Below are positions 63,541 through 64,000 of a stretch of DNA of 64,000 bases, piece by piece. Source of the stretch: Octopus sinensis (lineage: Eukaryota); the NCBI RefSeq assembly GCF_006345805.1, contig NC_043017.1, positions 3,410,001 to 3,474,000 on the forward strand. Reading direction: 5' to 3'. The first letter of the stretch is position 1; each line of letters starts with the position of its first letter. The position numbers and the translations under genes are program-made. The notes under the pieces are model-generated. The model was given only the letters and a program-made list of their open reading frames with translations. It was not told where the DNA came from and searched no databases.

Positions 63541-64000
63541 AACTTTGAGGAGTGGTTGACATTAGGAAGAGCATCCAACTGTAGAAACCAAGCCAAAAAA
63601 GGCTATGGAACCTGGTGCGGCTCCTGACCTTGCCAGTTCATGTCAAGCTGTCCAACCCATGCCAACATGGAGAATGGACATTAAAGGTTGATGATGTTAA
63701 TTATTCAATTCTTTTTTTATTTTCTGATTAAGCACAAGGGTATTTTTTGTGGTTAAACAAATTCCAACAATAACTGCCCCACTGTTTCTTTTTCTCTTTC
63801 CCAAACATTAATAGTTGTAGTTCTTGTTGCTTGGTCCCCAGATCAGCCATAATTTCAGAAAACTTATTATCAAAGATGTTCCAGCTGTAACCACCCTTAC
63901 TTTTTCACACAAGGTGTGTCTTGGATTAGTAAGAATAATGGTAGAAGCTGTTTAGTTGGAGGGCAGTTCTGACCCAGCAGACCTATGATTAAAGACATCC

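Overview
This is AT-rich, repeat-dense eukaryotic DNA. Its SINE, LINE and microsatellite make-up and a long tandem C2H2 gene point to an octopus or other coleoid cephalopod genome (inference). Genes I can support: (1) a convergent pair of torsin-activator paralogues (TOR1AIP, LAP1/LULL1 family) at 12.5-13.4 kb (+) and 20.3-21.5 kb (-); (2) between them, a 642-aa C2H2 zinc-finger ORF in one coding exon (-); (3) a complete five-exon Flower/CACFD1 gene (26344-49386, +, 183 aa) that the ORF track misses. The remainder is tRNA-headed SINEs, RTE/CR1/CRE/RLE LINE relics, mariner and piggyBac relics, MITEs, Helitron-like elements and microsatellites. Most short ORFs in the track are repeat artefacts. 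The most interesting leads are: duplicated YPNL (ALIX-type) motifs in one torsin activator; a 160-nt candidate intron that is almost entirely one hairpin; a Flower exon 3 shaped like the Win/Lose cassette exon and bracketed by inverted SINEs; a CpG-rich fold-back MITE that appears to target GGTACC; a perfect DR4 element in Flower intron 1; and two LINE/SINE tail relationships visible in the window. All identifications are by eye; no database search was run.
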